DNA of 64,000 nucleotides, from NCBI GenBank assembly GCA_963814715.1, contig CAWFDW010000001.1, positions 839,749 to 903,748 of the forward strand, in the 5' to 3' direction. Shown piece by piece: positions 63,071 through 64,000 of this stretch (positions are counted from its first letter, which is position 1; each line of letters begins with the position of its first letter). The notes under the pieces were generated by a model. It ran no database searches, had not been told where the DNA came from, and worked only from the letters and a program-made list of their open reading frames with translations. This DNA is from an uncultured delta proteobacterium. GTDB taxonomy: Bacteria; Desulfobacterota; Binatia; Binatales; Binataceae. The translations under genes and the position numbers were made by a program.

Positions 63071-64000
63071 ATGCGCGAAAATCTTTTTGAGTTTGACGAT
63101 TTCGTGCTTGACCGGGGCGCCTATGAGCTGCGCCGAGGCAAAGCGGTCGTTCCGCTCCAACGGATTCCGCTCGAGCTGCTATGCCTGCTGGTCGAACGCC
63201 GCGGACAGGTCGTCACGCGCGAGGAAATCCTCGAGCGCGTCTGGGGCAAGGGCGTCTTCGTCGACATCGAGAACAGCATCAACACCGCGGTACGAAAAGT
63301 CCGGCGGGCGTTGAGCGACGATCCCGACGCCCCGCGCTTCGTCGTTACCGTGCCGGCCCGGGGCTATCGATTCATCGCAGAGCTTCGCGGGCCGAAGACA
63401 ACTAGAGATGAGCAATTTCACGCGCGGCAGCCAGCTGTGATGGTCGGACGCGAGCGCGAGCTAGCATCGTTGCTGAGCGGACTCGACGAGGCGGCCTCCA
63501 CGGCGCGGGCGCCTGTTCCTGATTTCCGGCGAACCCGGCGTCGGCAAGACACGGATGGCGGACGAGGTTGCGGCCGCGGCTGACGCAAAGCGAATGGCGA
63601 TTATGGTCGGGCATTGCTCCGAGCACGACGAAGCCGTCGCTTATCTGCCGTTCGTGGAAATCCTGGAAAACTTTGTCGATCGCGAATCAAACCCGGATGT
63701 TCTGCGCGCTGCCCTCGGCGACCAGGCACCGGAGTTGGCGCGCTTGATCCCCAAACTCAAGAACATCCTGCCGGAACTTCCGCCACCGCTCGATTTGCCG
63801 CCGGCTCAGGCGCGGCGCCATTTGTTCAATTGCTTTTTCGACTTCGTTGCTCGAATCGCTTCGGAACGATCGACGTCTGATGATTCTCGAAGATCTTCAC
63901 TGGGCCGATGATTCGACGCTGTCGCTGCTCGATCACCTGACGCAGCGCCTATCCGATTTGCCTCTGATGGTGATCGGCACCTACCGCGACGCCGAGGTCA
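63071..64000 (+). CDS. wHTH - AAA ATPase (-TPR) regulator, copy 2, truncated by the window end (frameshifts)
   Basis: VVTREEILERVWGKGVF..NSINTAVRKVR..PRFVVTVPARGYRF; AAA region nearly identical to copy 1. Confidence 0.9.

Noticed and set aside
210-64000. Widespread pseudogenisation or programmed frameshifting
   Set aside because: Single-base shifts hit many unrelated genes with intact catalytic motifs and no obvious shared slippery site; long-read indel error is the simpler explanation

Overview
GC-rich bacterial chromosome segment. The gene content (many acyl-CoA dehydrogenases, DUF1329, cyclase/wHTH-AAA-TPR proteins) suggests a soil lineage such as Candidatus Binatota; this is inference only. 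Many genes, including ppk1 and a TonB system, are split by single-base indels, best explained as uncorrected long-read errors. Positions 1-45.8 kb are mostly catabolic or housekeeping: a GntR/FadR-controlled CoA-transferase/acyl-CoA dehydrogenase cluster, recQ, aldehyde dehydrogenase/aldolase/PfkB, an L,D-transpeptidase, transglutaminases, a single-chain biotin carboxylase, ppk1, argE, a TonB-dependent uptake operon headed by a CxxC/RAPP leader ORF, and a xanthine-dehydrogenase-family molybdoenzyme. This part carries several REP-like repeat families and a candidate sRNA. From about 46 kb the region looks accessory. It holds two Cys-rich secreted paralogues, an ABC exporter whose permease is fused to a CPBP protease, and a repeated module in which wHTH-AAA-TPR (STAND-like) regulators face divergent secreted genes (cupredoxins, a beta-propeller, a coiled-coil repeat protein). 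The module also shows shared 5' leaders, 11-bp-phased direct repeats, a sister adenylate cyclase with a closely related TPR region, and a tRNA-Ala-like att scar. No rRNA, intact tRNA, CRISPR array, transposase or integrase is evident.
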